Shown: piece by piece, positions 37,465-47,653 of the stretch
How the letters are laid out: every line of letters starts with the position of its first letter
How positions within the stretch are numbered: position 1 is the stretch's first letter
NCBI GenBank assembly: GCA_000146465.1
Contig: CP001944.1
Reading direction: 5' to 3' (one strand)
Length of the DNA stretch: 64,000 bases
Program-made: the position numbers and the translations under genes
Notes under the pieces: model-generated
Seen by the model: only the letters and a program-made list of their open reading frames with translations
What the model was told of the DNA's origin: nothing
The model's database searches: none

Positions 37465-39195
37465 ATGGAGTTACCAGACCTCTCTAAATTCAGAGAAAAG
37501 TGCTGCTACTGCTACGAAGACATCAAGACTGGGATATCTGTGTGTAGCTGTGGTCTTTCGTTCTGCAAAGAACACAAGGATCTTCACCTTGGGAAGGCCA
37601 AATGCCAAATTGTATTTGAGATTAAGGAGATTGGAAATGATCTAGGTATTGAAATTAAAAACACAATGCTCGGGGAAGCGGAGATTGAAGAACTAAGGAG
37701 GAGGATGGAGACATTGGTGAGGTCGGAGGATGAGGATGAGAGAGTCATCTTCAGGGACGAGGAAGTGGTATGTATGCATGAATGTCCTGAAGGTCCATGC
37801 TCTATAGATCTAGGAGATGCTGGGAATCTTAGCTGCAAGGTGTGCGATGTGAAAACAAGACTGTGGGTGTGTTTTATTTGCGGGTATGTTGGATGCGGGA
37901 GGATGCAGTATGGTGCAGAAGGGAATGGACATGCAAGGGCACATTATGAGGAAACACAACACAATGTTTTTGTTCTAGTTCCTAGCCTTATAAAAGAGAG
38001 TTGCGAGGTATTCTGCTATCTTTGTGACTCAAACATAAGATTTCACTACGAGATTCCCGGGAATATTACAATTGACTTTGGAGATGAGGGAAAGGCAGGG
38101 AGGAAAAGAGTGAAGAAGAGGATAATCTGCAATGGGATTGTTGAGCAGGAAGAAAAGAAATTGAAGGCGATGGAAAAGGGAAAGAATGAGTCGATTCCTA
38201 GTCCATATGTCGGGATTGTTAACTCCGGAAACACCTGTTATATTTCTTCTGTTCTCCAAATGATAGGATATGTAGTTTCGAAAGAGGACATTGATATGGA
38301 GCAACACTTCGAGATATGCTGTGATAAGAATCCTCTGGAGTGCTTTTTCTGCCAGCTGATGAGGGTTTTAAACAGAATGAAAAAGGCTAGGAAAGAAAAG
38401 AATATAGATAGTATATCGATACTAGATCTGATAATACTTATATGGAGAGATATGCCTATGTTTTCGAAGTTTATGCAGCAAGATTCCCACGAGTTTTTAC
38501 TTTTCCTCCTTGAGAAGATACGGGAAGGAGAAGGTTTATATCTGATTCCATCGATAACATCTTTCTTTGAGTTTGAGGTTGGAAGAAAGATCAGCTGTTC
38601 AGGATGCATGGATAAGTCTACCAGCTATGAATCTGCAATGATGATATGTACATGTCTGAAGGGCGACATAAGAAGGTCTGTGGAGATGTTTTTTTCTCCT
38701 GATGAGTGGAACTGCAAGTGTGGGGGAAAGAAGAATGTAAGTCGGTTTGTCACAATTCCTCCCAGGTATCTAATAATCCAAGTTGGAAGATACTCTTATA
38801 ATAATAACAAAGTGGAGAAGATCAAAAGCAAGATCGGGATAAAAAGTGTCAAGCTAAAAGACTTTATGAGCAAGGACGAAGCCGACGAATCCCTCGCCAA
38901 AAAGCTTTCAGATGATGGATATTCCTTGGAGGATGCAAAAAGGGCTTTAGGCATCTTCTGCAACGACGAAGGTAAGGCCCGCAGCTTCCTGGAAAGGCAA
39001 AGTTCTGTAGTCTCGCCAGAAGACTTAAAGTACAGAGTTGTCGGATGCATCAATCATTCTGGAGATAATATCAAGGCAGGACATTACACGTGGTGGGTGT
39101 ATGAAGATGAAAAGTGTTACAAAATAGATGATACAAACGTTCTTGGTAGCAATGTTGAAGTATTGGAAGATGGCTATATATTCTTGTTTAAATGA
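37465..39195 (+). CDS. UBP14: ubiquitin carboxyl-terminal hydrolase, UBP14/USP5 (isopeptidase T)-like (ZnF-UBP plus USP plus UBA)
   Basis: ZnF-UBP 'LWVCFICGYVGCGRMQYGAEGNGHARAHYEETQHNV'. Cys box 'GIVNSGNTCYISSVLQMI'. UBA-like 'GYSLEDAKRALGIFCNDEGKARSFLERQ'. His box 'GHYTWWVYEDEKCYKIDDTNV'. Confidence 0.85.
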   Translation: MELPDLSKFREKCCYCYEDIKTGISVCSCGLSFCKEHKDLHLGKAKCQIVFEIKEIGNDLGIEIKNTMLGEAEIEELRRRMETLVRSEDEDERVIFRDEEVVCMHECPEGPCSIDLGDAGNLSCKVCDVKTRLWVCFICGYVGCGRMQYGAEGNGHARAHYEETQHNVFVLVPSLIKESCEVFCYLCDSNIRFHYEIPGNITIDFGDEGKAGRKRVKKRIICNGIVEQEEKKLKAMEKGKNESIPSPYVGIVNSGNTCYISSVLQMIGYVVSKEDIDMEQHFEICCDKNPLECFFCQLMRVLNRMKKARKEKNIDSISILDLIILIWRDMPMFSKFMQQDSHEFLLFLLEKIREGEGLYLIPSITSFFEFEVGRKISCSGCMDKSTSYESAMMICTCLKGDIRRSVEMFFSPDEWNCKCGGKKNVSRFVTIPPRYLIIQVGRYSYNNNKVEKIKSKIGIKSVKLKDFMSKDEADESLAKKLSDDGYSLEDAKRALGIFCNDEGKARSFLERQSSVVSPEDLKYRVVGCINHSGDNIKAGHYTWWVYEDEKCYKIDDTNVLGSNVEVLEDGYIFLFK

Positions 39196-39248
39196 GAACT
39201 ATCCCAAGTCCCAGTAGAAAATAAACTTCTGTGTATTCCTGTTTCATC

Positions 39249-39968
39249 TCAAGTGTTGTTGAGATAGAAGCCCTCCAAATCACCCTTGAGTGGTTTTGAC
39301 CTTCTTTCTCCAAGAATTCTCTTAACCGTAGCCCATGAATACCTAACCCCGGGTGGAAATCCAAAGACTGCATTGGCGTTCCTTTTCAGCCACTTGATTG
39401 TATCTGGATCGCTGGGATATCCCGACCCAAGGTTGCTTCCAAATTGGGAAATTAGAATGTCTCTCTGGACCTTGGCAACTATACTAGCTCCAGAAACAAT
39501 CTGGAACTTTGAATCCGCTTTTTCTTCAATCACAAACTTATACGGATAGGCCTCTTCAAGTCTAGCCTTGTATTTTTCGCAGTCCCCAAGTGCGTCCACA
39601 TAGACTGTATCCACTTTCTTGCATTTGGCTTTTATTTCCTCCAGTATCTTGAGGACTGATATCAAAGATATTTCATTGAGGCTGGTGGACTTGACCTGCA
39701 TCATTTCTGTGATGTAGTCTGGATGAGTGCAATGGTAAACATATCCAAATCCCCTCTCTTTTATCATCTTAAAGAAGTCATGTCTTTGCCCAGATGTCAG
39801 GACCTTTGAATCCCGGAATCCTGTGTTTTCCAAGGTAGTCCTTGAAGAAATAAGAGCTCCGTACACCATGTATCCAATTACCGGCCCTCTCCCTGCTTCG
39901 TCAATTCCAACCACAACCTCTTCCGAAATTTCCTCAAGGCTCGAAAAAAAGATGTTCTTACCTTCCAT
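39249..39968 (-). CDS. RNH201: ribonuclease H2 catalytic subunit A (RNase HII family)
   Basis: 'VVGIDEAGRGPVIGYMVYG' (DEAG catalytic motif) and RNase HII fold signatures. 239 aa. True ATG. Confidence 0.85.
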   Translation of the reverse strand: MEGKNIFFSSLEEISEEVVVGIDEAGRGPVIGYMVYGALISSRTTLENTGFRDSKVLTSGQRHDFFKMIKERGFGYVYHCTHPDYITEMMQVKSTSLNEISLISVLKILEEIKAKCKKVDTVYVDALGDCEKYKARLEEAYPYKFVIEEKADSKFQIVSGASIVAKVQRDILISQFGSNLGSGYPSDPDTIKWLKRNANAVFGFPPGVRYSWATVKRILGERRSKPLKGDLEGFYLNNT

Positions 39969-40012
39969 TTAGAAAAAGGATTTCTAAAATATAAGATATA
40001 TTGCCAAGTCAT

Positions 40013-42739
40013 TTATTCAACCGATCTGCAAATGTTGGAGTACTTGAGCCAATAAGGATTCTTCACTCGGTCGAGGTCATGGTCAAAGTCTTTCAAAACT
40101 TCTGAGATCTCTGTGAATTCAATCTTATCCTTTGAGAATCCAACAACCCCAACTCCGCATTTGCGAAGACATAGGTCAACAGCTTCAATCCCCAGAATTG
40201 TGGCATTTATTCTGTCTATTGGTGATGGATTTAGTCCTTGCTGGACATCTCCGAGAATTGAGTAGTTTGTTTCAAATAGATCTCCACTGTCGGTCTTTAA
40301 GATCTCACATAAGCTGCTCGTAGGAATTGACCGGAAGGTTCTTTCATTTCGGAATATCACAATTCCTCTTCTTATCTTTTCCCTGAACTTCACACGGAGT
40401 CTCTGTGCCACTTCGGAGAGATGTCCTATGAGATACTTTCGCTCTGGGATAAAAGCTTCAAATGCACCTGCAGCTATTCCTCCCATTAGCGATAGATATC
40501 CGCAGTTCTCCCCTCCAATTTCCACCACAAAGACATTGTTCTTATATGCAAACGAGTTTAGCTTTGACACGTCCGACACCTTTATAATTGTGTTGAGGGC
40601 TGTGTCTGCTCCAATGCTTATGTCTATTTTAGGAATGTTGTTGTAAGATGATGCAGGCACGAGGACAATGTTCACCCCTTTGAGCTCCTTGATTGTATTC
40701 AAGGCTTTGCTCCCTCCTATAATAATCAGTGAGTCCAGTCCAGACTCAACTACCTTCCTTTGGATCAGCTTTATGTCCACCTCCAAGTCTCCACCAACTC
40801 CTATTGCAGATCCCCCGTTGTTGACATCTCCAAAGAATTCATAGGGCTTAGCCCTTATAAGTTGATTGTTCACAAGACCTTCAAACCCATTTGGTATGTA
40901 ATATGGCTCTGCTCCAGCCACCAGAGAATATTGAACTACAGCATTCAACACCGTGTTCATCCCACTTGCTCGCCGTCCAAACTGAAGCACTCCTATCCGA
41001 GGCTTTCTATCTTCATATTTCCCTCTGCAGTCTGGCCCACAACTGCATTCGGTTTCGATCTTCTCCCTGGAGCTACAGTCACAGCCCTTATCTCTTATGT
41101 TCCGAATTCCTGTCATCAAAGACTTTCTAAAGTATGAATAAGCCAGCCTGAAGAAGTTACACCTACTTTTCAGAACATCTTCAAACAATTTCTTTTCCTG
41201 GAAATCTCTGACCAGATTGTTTCTTTCTATAACCTCTTTTAATTCAATCTCAAAGATCTCGTCCCTAAAGATGCTGATCATCACCGGGTCCTTTGTAGGC
41301 CCCAACGATATCTCCACAGCCTTGACCCCGAGGAGAGTACCATATATCCTATCCTGTGCAGAAGTCGGCCCACCCCTCTGAATATGCCCTAGCTTGAGGA
41401 GCCGGACATCCATTCCAAACTTGGCAATTTCTTCCACAGCTTGGGATGCATGTATGGGCGTCCCATCCTTCTCAACAGCTCCCTCCGAAACTATAACAAA
41501 AGTCCCTGCCTTCCCGCACCTTCTTGCTGTTGTAAGTGCCTCAATCATTTCCTTTTTCCACTCGGTAGGTGCCTCAGGAAGCAAAACATAGTCTGCAGAA
41601 CTCGCCAATGCAGACATAAGAGCTATCCATCCACACTTCCTCCCCATAACCTCAATGACAAACGTCCGGGTATGCGATTTCATTGTAGACATTAGATGAT
41701 CGATTCCTTCAATAACTCTGTGGATGGCAGTATCTTCCCCTAACGAAATGGGAACCCCACAGATGTCGTTGTCTATGGTTGCCGGTATTCCCACAACCTT
41801 CAGGTCATAGACATACTTTTCTATTTCGTCCAGGTCCATTTCTTCACAAGAGCATTTGTCCATTTGCAAGTCCTCTAGCATATCATCGGACGAATTAAGA
41901 TCATGGTAAACCATAGGTGTCTCCTTATAACATTCAGGAGCTCCATAGAAATCCGAATATCCAACCCCGCTTGTTTCGGTGGTGACTTTCTCTTTTTCTT
42001 CGTCCTTCGATTCTGCCTTGCTGTTCAGTATCCTCTTCAGATCGCGGGGAGAAATCTTTCCTTCCCTTATGAGATCTCTTAGATGATCCTTAAACTCGTC
42101 TCGAAGAACCATGGCTCCCTTCATAGACCCATCTCCTCCTAGCACTATAACACAGTTAATCTTCTTCCGTACCATGTTCAGTACTGCCTCTTTCCTTCCC
42201 TCTTTTCCCATAAACTTCTGGGACCTTGCAGATAGGAGAACAGTCCCTCCCTGACTACTGCAATGTGTCTCTGTATCCCAGCTTAGCCTGCGGATGTTAT
42301 TGTTGATAAGTCCATCATATCCGTTATACACTCCATATACAGATGCTCCCCACTTGATCCCTGTCCTTGTTATGCTCTTGATCGCCGAATTCATTCCTGG
42401 CGCATCTCCCCCGCTTGTCACAATTGCAATCCTATTCGTCTTTCCTTGCCCAGAAAACGTAACCACAATCTTGTTTCCCATCATGTCCATCATCTCAAGT
42501 GGCATTCCACGGCCGTTCTCGTTGACAAGCCCTCGCGTGGTCAAGCGCCGTAGTGCTTTGTATGAGGTGTGAATGTGGATTCCAGGGCTTGTAGATGTTA
42601 TCTTGGCTTTCCTGGTGCTGTATATCTTCAATGTTCCTCGATCATATATCACATCAAGACCAAGTAGTTCATACACCTCTCCATGCCTCTGCAGTATCCC
42701 GTCTCCAGATAGTTGTAACTCCTCAATGACAGCTTCCAT
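40013..42739 (-). CDS. PFK: ATP-dependent 6-phosphofructokinase (eukaryotic duplicated-domain type)
   Basis: 'IAIVTSGGDAPGMNSAI', 'VIVLGGDGS', and a second PFK-like half with 'IIGGSKALNTIKE'. 908 aa. Confidence 0.9.
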   Translation of the reverse strand: MEAVIEELQLSGDGILQRHGEVYELLGLDVIYDRGTLKIYSTRKAKITSTSPGIHIHTSYKALRRLTTRGLVNENGRGMPLEMMDMMGNKIVVTFSGQGKTNRIAIVTSGGDAPGMNSAIKSITRTGIKWGASVYGVYNGYDGLINNNIRRLSWDTETHCSSQGGTVLLSARSQKFMGKEGRKEAVLNMVRKKINCVIVLGGDGSMKGAMVLRDEFKDHLRDLIREGKISPRDLKRILNSKAESKDEEKEKVTTETSGVGYSDFYGAPECYKETPMVYHDLNSSDDMLEDLQMDKCSCEEMDLDEIEKYVYDLKVVGIPATIDNDICGVPISLGEDTAIHRVIEGIDHLMSTMKSHTRTFVIEVMGRKCGWIALMSALASSADYVLLPEAPTEWKKEMIEALTTARRCGKAGTFVIVSEGAVEKDGTPIHASQAVEEIAKFGMDVRLLKLGHIQRGGPTSAQDRIYGTLLGVKAVEISLGPTKDPVMISIFRDEIFEIELKEVIERNNLVRDFQEKKLFEDVLKSRCNFFRLAYSYFRKSLMTGIRNIRDKGCDCSSREKIETECSCGPDCRGKYEDRKPRIGVLQFGRRASGMNTVLNAVVQYSLVAGAEPYYIPNGFEGLVNNQLIRAKPYEFFGDVNNGGSAIGVGGDLEVDIKLIQRKVVESGLDSLIIIGGSKALNTIKELKGVNIVLVPASSYNNIPKIDISIGADTALNTIIKVSDVSKLNSFAYKNNVFVVEIGGENCGYLSLMGGIAAGAFEAFIPERKYLIGHLSEVAQRLRVKFREKIRRGIVIFRNERTFRSIPTSSLCEILKTDSGDLFETNYSILGDVQQGLNPSPIDRINATILGIEAVDLCLRKCGVGVVGFSKDKIEFTEISEVLKDFDHDLDRVKNPYWLKYSNICRSVE

Positions 42740-42930
42740 ATCTCCCCTTTAGAGATCGCATTTATCTCTGCAATAACCAATCAAATCGCTACCCAGCCTT
42801 CAAACTAATTATCGAGACCATCTTCAATTTGTTTAAAAATAGAAACCTTTAATATCCAAGGCAATTTAAGCGTAATTGTCTAAATTTAGCAACCTAGATG
42901 AAATAAGAAAAGCGAAGGAGGGGATTCATT

Positions 42931-43278
42931 ATGCTCTCTGCAGATGGGAAAGAGAACGAGATCGGCAAGAGCTTGATAGAAGATGCATCTTTGTTTCTGT
43001 GGTTTGTAAATGCAGTGAATTCTGGTGGATGCTGTAGGGAAATTAAGAGTGAGGAGGATCTGTCCCTTGCTTCCAAGAAGAAGATTCACCAAAAAATAAA
43101 GTTTAAGGCATATAGCATGGGTGCCGAAAGTATTATGTATGAAAAGAGAAATGAGATGGCCTTCGAGGAGGATAGAAATGGATTCATATGTGCACACTGC
43201 GATGCAAGGTATGTGTATAAAAGATGCCTAGCAAATCACCTCATAAAATCTCACCACATAAATTCAAATACACTCTAG
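42931..43278 (+). CDS. small single C2H2 zinc-finger protein
   Basis: 'FICAHCDARYVYKRCLANHLIKSHH' is a C2H2 finger. 115 aa. GGG signal upstream ('ggaggggattcattATG'). Confidence 0.5.
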   Translation: MLSADGKENEIGKSLIEDASLFLWFVNAVNSGGCCREIKSEEDLSLASKKKIHQKIKFKAYSMGAESIMYEKRNEMAFEEDRNGFICAHCDARYVYKRCLANHLIKSHHINSNTL

Positions 43279-43393
43279 TAGGCAGCTATATCGAACTGTT
43301 CAACGAAATTTTAAAGTCCTTACCTAACGAGTATAGATGCCGAAAACATATACAATAGAAGAATGCTTCATTGGAGTGTTTGGGTCTGTTTAT

Positions 43394-45898
43394 TCATAAC
43401 TGGCTGTCGAGGTTGGAAATTTCAAATGTGAATCTTCTTCGAAGGAAGAATCTCTCGTCATCTCTCAAAATCTTGACTTGGACCTTCTGGAACATCTGGA
43501 AGTGGCCTTCTGAAACAACAACTTCTTCAAGGTTGTATTCAGGAACATACACCACAACCCCATTCGCCTTGATGTTTGTAATAAATCCCTCTACAAGAGA
43601 TTCCCTATCTTTGAGCATTGTGTAAATAATCACCTTGCCACACTCCCAAGATGCTTTTTTTGCCGATCGATATCTCGAGTTCATGTTCCGGCACATGTCC
43701 TCATCGGCAAACTTCTGACTTTGAGTCTCTTTCTCCGTGTTCTTTCTTGGCAGAAATGTTACTATCCCTAGCTTACTTGTATGTATCTCTTCAGGATGTG
43801 CTGTCTGGAGAATATGACCCAAGATCCTGTGGACTATGATGTCTGCATATCTCCTGATTGGAGAGGTAAAATGGGTATACATCGGTGTTGCAAGCCCATA
43901 ATGATGGAAGTTGGATGTCTCTCCAGACACAACATACACAGCCTGATTCATGGATCTTATAAGCATCCTTTTCATTAGGTCTTTCTTGAGGCCTTCAACC
44001 TTGTTCAGAAGATTCCCGACACTTTCGGAGGAGGCATCGATTCCAAGGTTGTCATCCAGTACAGATGGAGGGGGATGCTTTCTAAGCAACGAAGAGTCTG
44101 GATGGTGGTGATATATAAACGAGGCTACCGAAATATTTGCTAGAATCATAAACTCTTCAACAAGGAAGTTTGTTGGAAGGCATTCCTTAACTTCAAGCTT
44201 TCCTCCTCGAAATGTAAGCTGTCTTGTGCTTAGATCCAACGAGCCCTTCTCAAGCCTTCCATTCCGTAGGATCTTACTCATCCGAAGGAGTGTTGCCAGC
44301 GAGGAGAGTATCTCCTCTTCAGCAGCTGAAAATCCCCTGATAACATCATAGGCTTCCTGATAGCTGAACGACCTCCGAGATCTTATTAGGGATCGGGAGA
44401 AATGTGTTCTTACAATCTTTGCGTCGTTAGACATCTCCCATACCACAGAAAAGGCCGCTCTGTCCTTCCCAGCAACTAAGCTACACAAGTCTGTACTTAG
44501 AGAAGGAGGTAGCATATCGATACGCCGTTCAGGAAGATACACCGTTGTACTCCTATCCCTTGCAACCTTGTCCATCTTCGAGTCCTTTCTGACATAATAC
44601 GCCACATCTGCTATGTGAACACCGATCTCCCAGTTTCCATTGGGAAGAAGCCGGCAGTGAAGAGCATCATCAATGTCCTCACATCCTGGTGGATCAATAC
44701 TCACTGTAGCTAGATCTCGGAAGTCTTCTCTACTTCCCTCCTCAATCTCCCGGTATATTCTTTCTATTCCAAACCTCTCTTCCGATTCCCAAGAATCCCC
44801 AAGTATATCCTTCCAACTGCTATTGTAGTATGTTATTCCATTTGCAACAAGTATAGCTTCCACTTCTGCATCCTTGTCTCCAATGGTCCCCAGCCTTCTG
44901 TAGTAGTGGCCGCTAGGATAGTTACTTGTTTTCTCCCATCCATCAATCTCAACACAAAGTCTCTTGTTCATTAATTCCTCAGCTTGTCCTGTTCTTATTC
45001 TAACCGCCGGTATTCTCTTGTCAATTGGGATCACCAGCACATTTTGGGTTCCTATTCCATGCACCGTTCTTGGGGATATAGTCCCAACAATCGCCCTACA
45101 CTTCCTCCTGTAAATCCCAACAACCTTTCCAAACATTTCCTTGTCTTCCTTTCTTTTTCTTGTTTCCTTCAGACCTTCTTCATCGTCCACCAATATCCCA
45201 TCTTCATCACACTCGTCTATCTCCTCTACATATACCTCATCTCCATTTATCGCTCTGTTCATATTCTTCTTCCCAATCACAAGAATCTTGACGTCTCCAT
45301 CCACTACAAATCCACTATAGCAGTTGTACATGCTAACCTCAAGCATTCCTCTGTATAGTCCCTTCTTTCCATACTGGACATCTAGATTTTCCCTGTAGTC
45401 TTCGTACTCGGTTGCTTCCTTCTCATCCACAATAGACAAAAGATCTTGGATATCATCAGAGACATATTTCCCATACTCCCAAATATTATCCATCGTTAGG
45501 ATGATGAATTTGTATTGTGGCAGATGGTCTTTGTAGAACTCCAGAACTCCCTCAAGCCCCCTTCCACTGGTCGACTTACAAAAGTTGTTGCAGAATACAG
45601 CATATCCCTTTTCTCTTGCAACATCTCTTAAACCTTTCTCGTCATTCCTTGAGAGCTCTTCAAGAGCCGACTGGCATATTATTGCTGCAACATAATCACT
45701 CTTAAGCAATGCTCGGTATTTGGACATAACTGCTGCATCAGGAATCACAAACACAGAAGTTCTTTTATTCTCCTTGCACATACCTCCGCAACACTCAAAC
45801 CCACAGGGCACATCGTCCCTAACATAGTGCTCTCGGACCCTCTTGATCAGCTTTAATCTCTTAGATATCTTTCTTTCGGCCACAATTCCATACCACAT
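43394..45898 (-). CDS. DIS3: exosome catalytic subunit DIS3/RRP44 (CR3 plus PIN plus RNB plus S1)
   Basis: CR3 'HYVRDDVPCGFECCGGMC'. PIN 'VFVIPDAAVMSKYRALL'. RNB 'SIDPPGCEDIDDALHCRLLPNGNWEIGVHIADVAYYV' and 'YTHFTSPIRRYADIIVHR'. Start placed at the first ATG (the track start is TTG), preceded by 'gggaatccctttaATG' on the minus strand. Confidence 0.85.
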   Translation of the reverse strand: MWYGIVAERKISKRLKLIKRVREHYVRDDVPCGFECCGGMCKENKRTSVFVIPDAAVMSKYRALLKSDYVAAIICQSALEELSRNDEKGLRDVAREKGYAVFCNNFCKSTSGRGLEGVLEFYKDHLPQYKFIILTMDNIWEYGKYVSDDIQDLLSIVDEKEATEYEDYRENLDVQYGKKGLYRGMLEVSMYNCYSGFVVDGDVKILVIGKKNMNRAINGDEVYVEEIDECDEDGILVDDEEGLKETRKRKEDKEMFGKVVGIYRRKCRAIVGTISPRTVHGIGTQNVLVIPIDKRIPAVRIRTGQAEELMNKRLCVEIDGWEKTSNYPSGHYYRRLGTIGDKDAEVEAILVANGITYYNSSWKDILGDSWESEERFGIERIYREIEEGSREDFRDLATVSIDPPGCEDIDDALHCRLLPNGNWEIGVHIADVAYYVRKDSKMDKVARDRSTTVYLPERRIDMLPPSLSTDLCSLVAGKDRAAFSVVWEMSNDAKIVRTHFSRSLIRSRRSFSYQEAYDVIRGFSAAEEEILSSLATLLRMSKILRNGRLEKGSLDLSTRQLTFRGGKLEVKECLPTNFLVEEFMILANISVASFIYHHHPDSSLLRKHPPPSVLDDNLGIDASSESVGNLLNKVEGLKKDLMKRMLIRSMNQAVYVVSGETSNFHHYGLATPMYTHFTSPIRRYADIIVHRILGHILQTAHPEEIHTSKLGIVTFLPRKNTEKETQSQKFADEDMCRNMNSRYRSAKKASWECGKVIIYTMLKDRESLVEGFITNIKANGVVVYVPEYNLEEVVVSEGHFQMFQKVQVKILRDDERFFLRRRFTFEISNLDSQL

Positions 45899-45956
45899 TA
45901 AAGGGATTCCCAATAGAAGTTAAAAACTTATCGAAGATAAAATAAGGAACCGTTTA

Positions 45957-46289
45957 TTATCCACTAGACGCCAGTCCGGTCTTCTCCTTGACTATCCTTT
46001 CCTCGTCAGCAAGAAATGCGCCGGTGATCTTTTCCTTGACACATCTGCCACAGATCGTGGCTCCATAAGCCCTGTTAACACGCCTTGCAGAAACCTTTTG
46101 CCGAGAAAACTCTGCAGGCCTCATTCGGGCTATGCTTCCCAGGACAGTGTTGCATTCATGGCATCTGTGCTTCTTGGAATGTTTCTTCATTCTTCGGTTG
46201 ACAAGTTTCCCAGACGGTGTCCTTATCTTTATTCTCCTGTTGCTACGGGTCTTATATGTTGCTCCCTTATGAATAAGAACTTTCTTCAT
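45957..46289 (-). CDS. RPL34: 60S ribosomal protein L34e
   Basis: '[19 protein letters not shown]...[28 protein letters not shown]' aligns with RPL34. Start chosen at the ATG directly after 'aaaaatttcccccttgcaaagaaaATG' (AAATTT plus CCC). An in-frame ATG 54 nt further upstream (46343) is less likely. Confidence 0.85.
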   Translation of the reverse strand: MKKVLIHKGATYKTRSNRRIKIRTPSGKLVNRRMKKHSKKHRCHECNTVLGSIARMRPAEFSRQKVSARRVNRAYGATICGRCVKEKITGAFLADEERIVKEKTGLASSG

Positions 46290-46353
46290 TTTCTTTGCAA
46301 GGGGGAAATTTTTGTCTTCTTCTGTTTCGCATACTGTGCGCATGGTTGTAAGC

Positions 46354-46704
46354 TTATATATTTAGCAGCTTGAGTCTGGCGTATGCCTCATCGTCCTTGA
46401 AAAGGCTCACAATGTTAACATACTTCATTCCAAATATCGACGAAAGTTCTCTTTCTGCCCCGGCTGGAAGAGCATACAGGTCTATTCCAAAATGGCTGCA
46501 GAACAGTGGAAGGTGCAAAAACAAAACATCATCTGCAGGTGTTATGAGAACAGCACCTATGTCTTTTTGTCCTTCTTCGTAATGTTTCATCAGCTGGTTG
46601 TAGGTGACCAAGGCCTTTTTTGTTCCTCTAAGGATCTTGTAGACGCTTGAAGGGTCGTCTATTGTCTTTACAATGTGGATGTCTGTGTGAAAGATCTTCT
46701 TCAT
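46354..46704 (-). CDS. L7Ae/L30e-fold RNA-binding protein (candidate Nhp2/Pop3/Rpp38-like)
   Basis: '[53 protein letters not shown]' fits the L7Ae core 'LVIIA.D..P.E...HLP.LCE...IPY..V.SK.ELG...G'. The upstream part of the track ORF is antisense to the acidic region of the adjacent + gene. Confidence 0.45.
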   Translation of the reverse strand: MKKIFHTDIHIVKTIDDPSSVYKILRGTKKALVTYNQLMKHYEEGQKDIGAVLITPADDVLFLHLPLFCSHFGIDLYALPAGAERELSSIFGMKYVNIVSLFKDDEAYARLKLLNI

Positions 46705-46765
46705 GGCAAAGGACCGGGTTTCTGGTGTGCAGATATATCTGGATTCTAACGACCCCAAAAATTTT

Positions 46766-47590
46766 ATGAAAAAAACGATGGAGAAGGTGAGCAAAAGCGA
46801 CTCTGAGTCTGGAAGCGAATCCAGCTCTGAGGCGTCTGTAGAGTCTTCAGGGAGTTCCAGGGAGTCGATGGGCTCTGGAGAGGAATGCACAGAGACCGAG
46901 TCTGAGATCGAGGAGGAGACATCGAGCGGAAGCGCAGAGGAAAGCAAGAGAGAGAATCCATCTCTTACAGTGTTCATAAAGGGCATAAGCTATGACTTGA
47001 CGGAGTACGACTTGAAGAGTGAGATGGAGAAGATAGGAAAAGTAGCCCGGGTTGGGATTCCGATGACCAATGACTACAAGCGTAATAAGGGCTTTGGATA
47101 TGTGGAGTTCTGTAAGGAAGAAGATGTGAAGAAGGCGCTGAAGCTGGACGGTACTGTTTTTCTTGGTAGAGAGGTGATTGTGAACATGGCACATCCTCGA
47201 ACCAACAAAGAGAAACACACAATATACATTTCAAACCTCCCGTTCGAATGTGACAAGAAGAAGTTGAAGAAGTACTTTGAAGAGATGGGAGAAGTGGTTG
47301 GGATGTCTTTCCCATATGATAAAGAAAATGACCGATTGAAGGGATACGGATTTGTCGACTTTGGAAACAAGGAGGACTATGAAAAGGTTTTGAAGAAGAA
47401 ACTGGTTTTTGAAGACAGTTCTATATACCAGAGACCGGCTTATAAGAACGGTAGGGAGGATAGAAAGGATTTTGACAGAAGAGGACCTAAAAGAAACGAC
47501 TCCAGATGGAATGGAAAAAGACATGGAATGGACGGTCAGAACAGAAACAACAATAAGAAAGTTAAGTTTAACTCTGATAGCGAGGAATAA
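46766..47590 (+). CDS. nucleolar-type RNA-binding protein with acidic Ser/Glu N-terminus, two RRMs and basic C-terminus (nucleolin/NSR1-like)
   Basis: RRM1 'LTVFIKGISYDLTEYDL...KGFGYVEF'. RRM2 'TIYISNLPFECDKKKL...KGYGFVDF'. Start set at the ATG preceded by 'gaccccaaaaattttATG'; an alternative ATG lies at 46703. Confidence 0.75.
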   Translation: MKKTMEKVSKSDSESGSESSSEASVESSGSSRESMGSGEECTETESEIEEETSSGSAEESKRENPSLTVFIKGISYDLTEYDLKSEMEKIGKVARVGIPMTNDYKRNKGFGYVEFCKEEDVKKALKLDGTVFLGREVIVNMAHPRTNKEKHTIYISNLPFECDKKKLKKYFEEMGEVVGMSFPYDKENDRLKGYGFVDFGNKEDYEKVLKKKLVFEDSSIYQRPAYKNGREDRKDFDRRGPKRNDSRWNGKRHGMDGQNRNNNKKVKFNSDSEE

Positions 47591-47653
47591 AGAAATTCTT
47601 TATTATTTTTCCGGTTTTCCATTAGAACAAACAGTCGTTCCGATCCCCTTTGA

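Noticed and set aside
46289-46343. A longer RPL34 N-terminus from the upstream in-frame ATG (46343), or a mini-intron after it ('ATGCGCACAGTATGC...').
   Set aside because: There is no credible 5' splice site or branch or 3' AG arrangement. The AAATTT-CCCCC signal lies between the two ATGs, and the downstream start matches the canonical RPL34 N-terminus.
46764-46986. N-terminal 94 residues of the track ORF 46354-46986 (minus strand).
   Set aside because: The segment is antisense to the acidic Ser/Glu-rich N-terminal region of the RRM protein. The L7Ae-like domain begins at the internal Met (46704).
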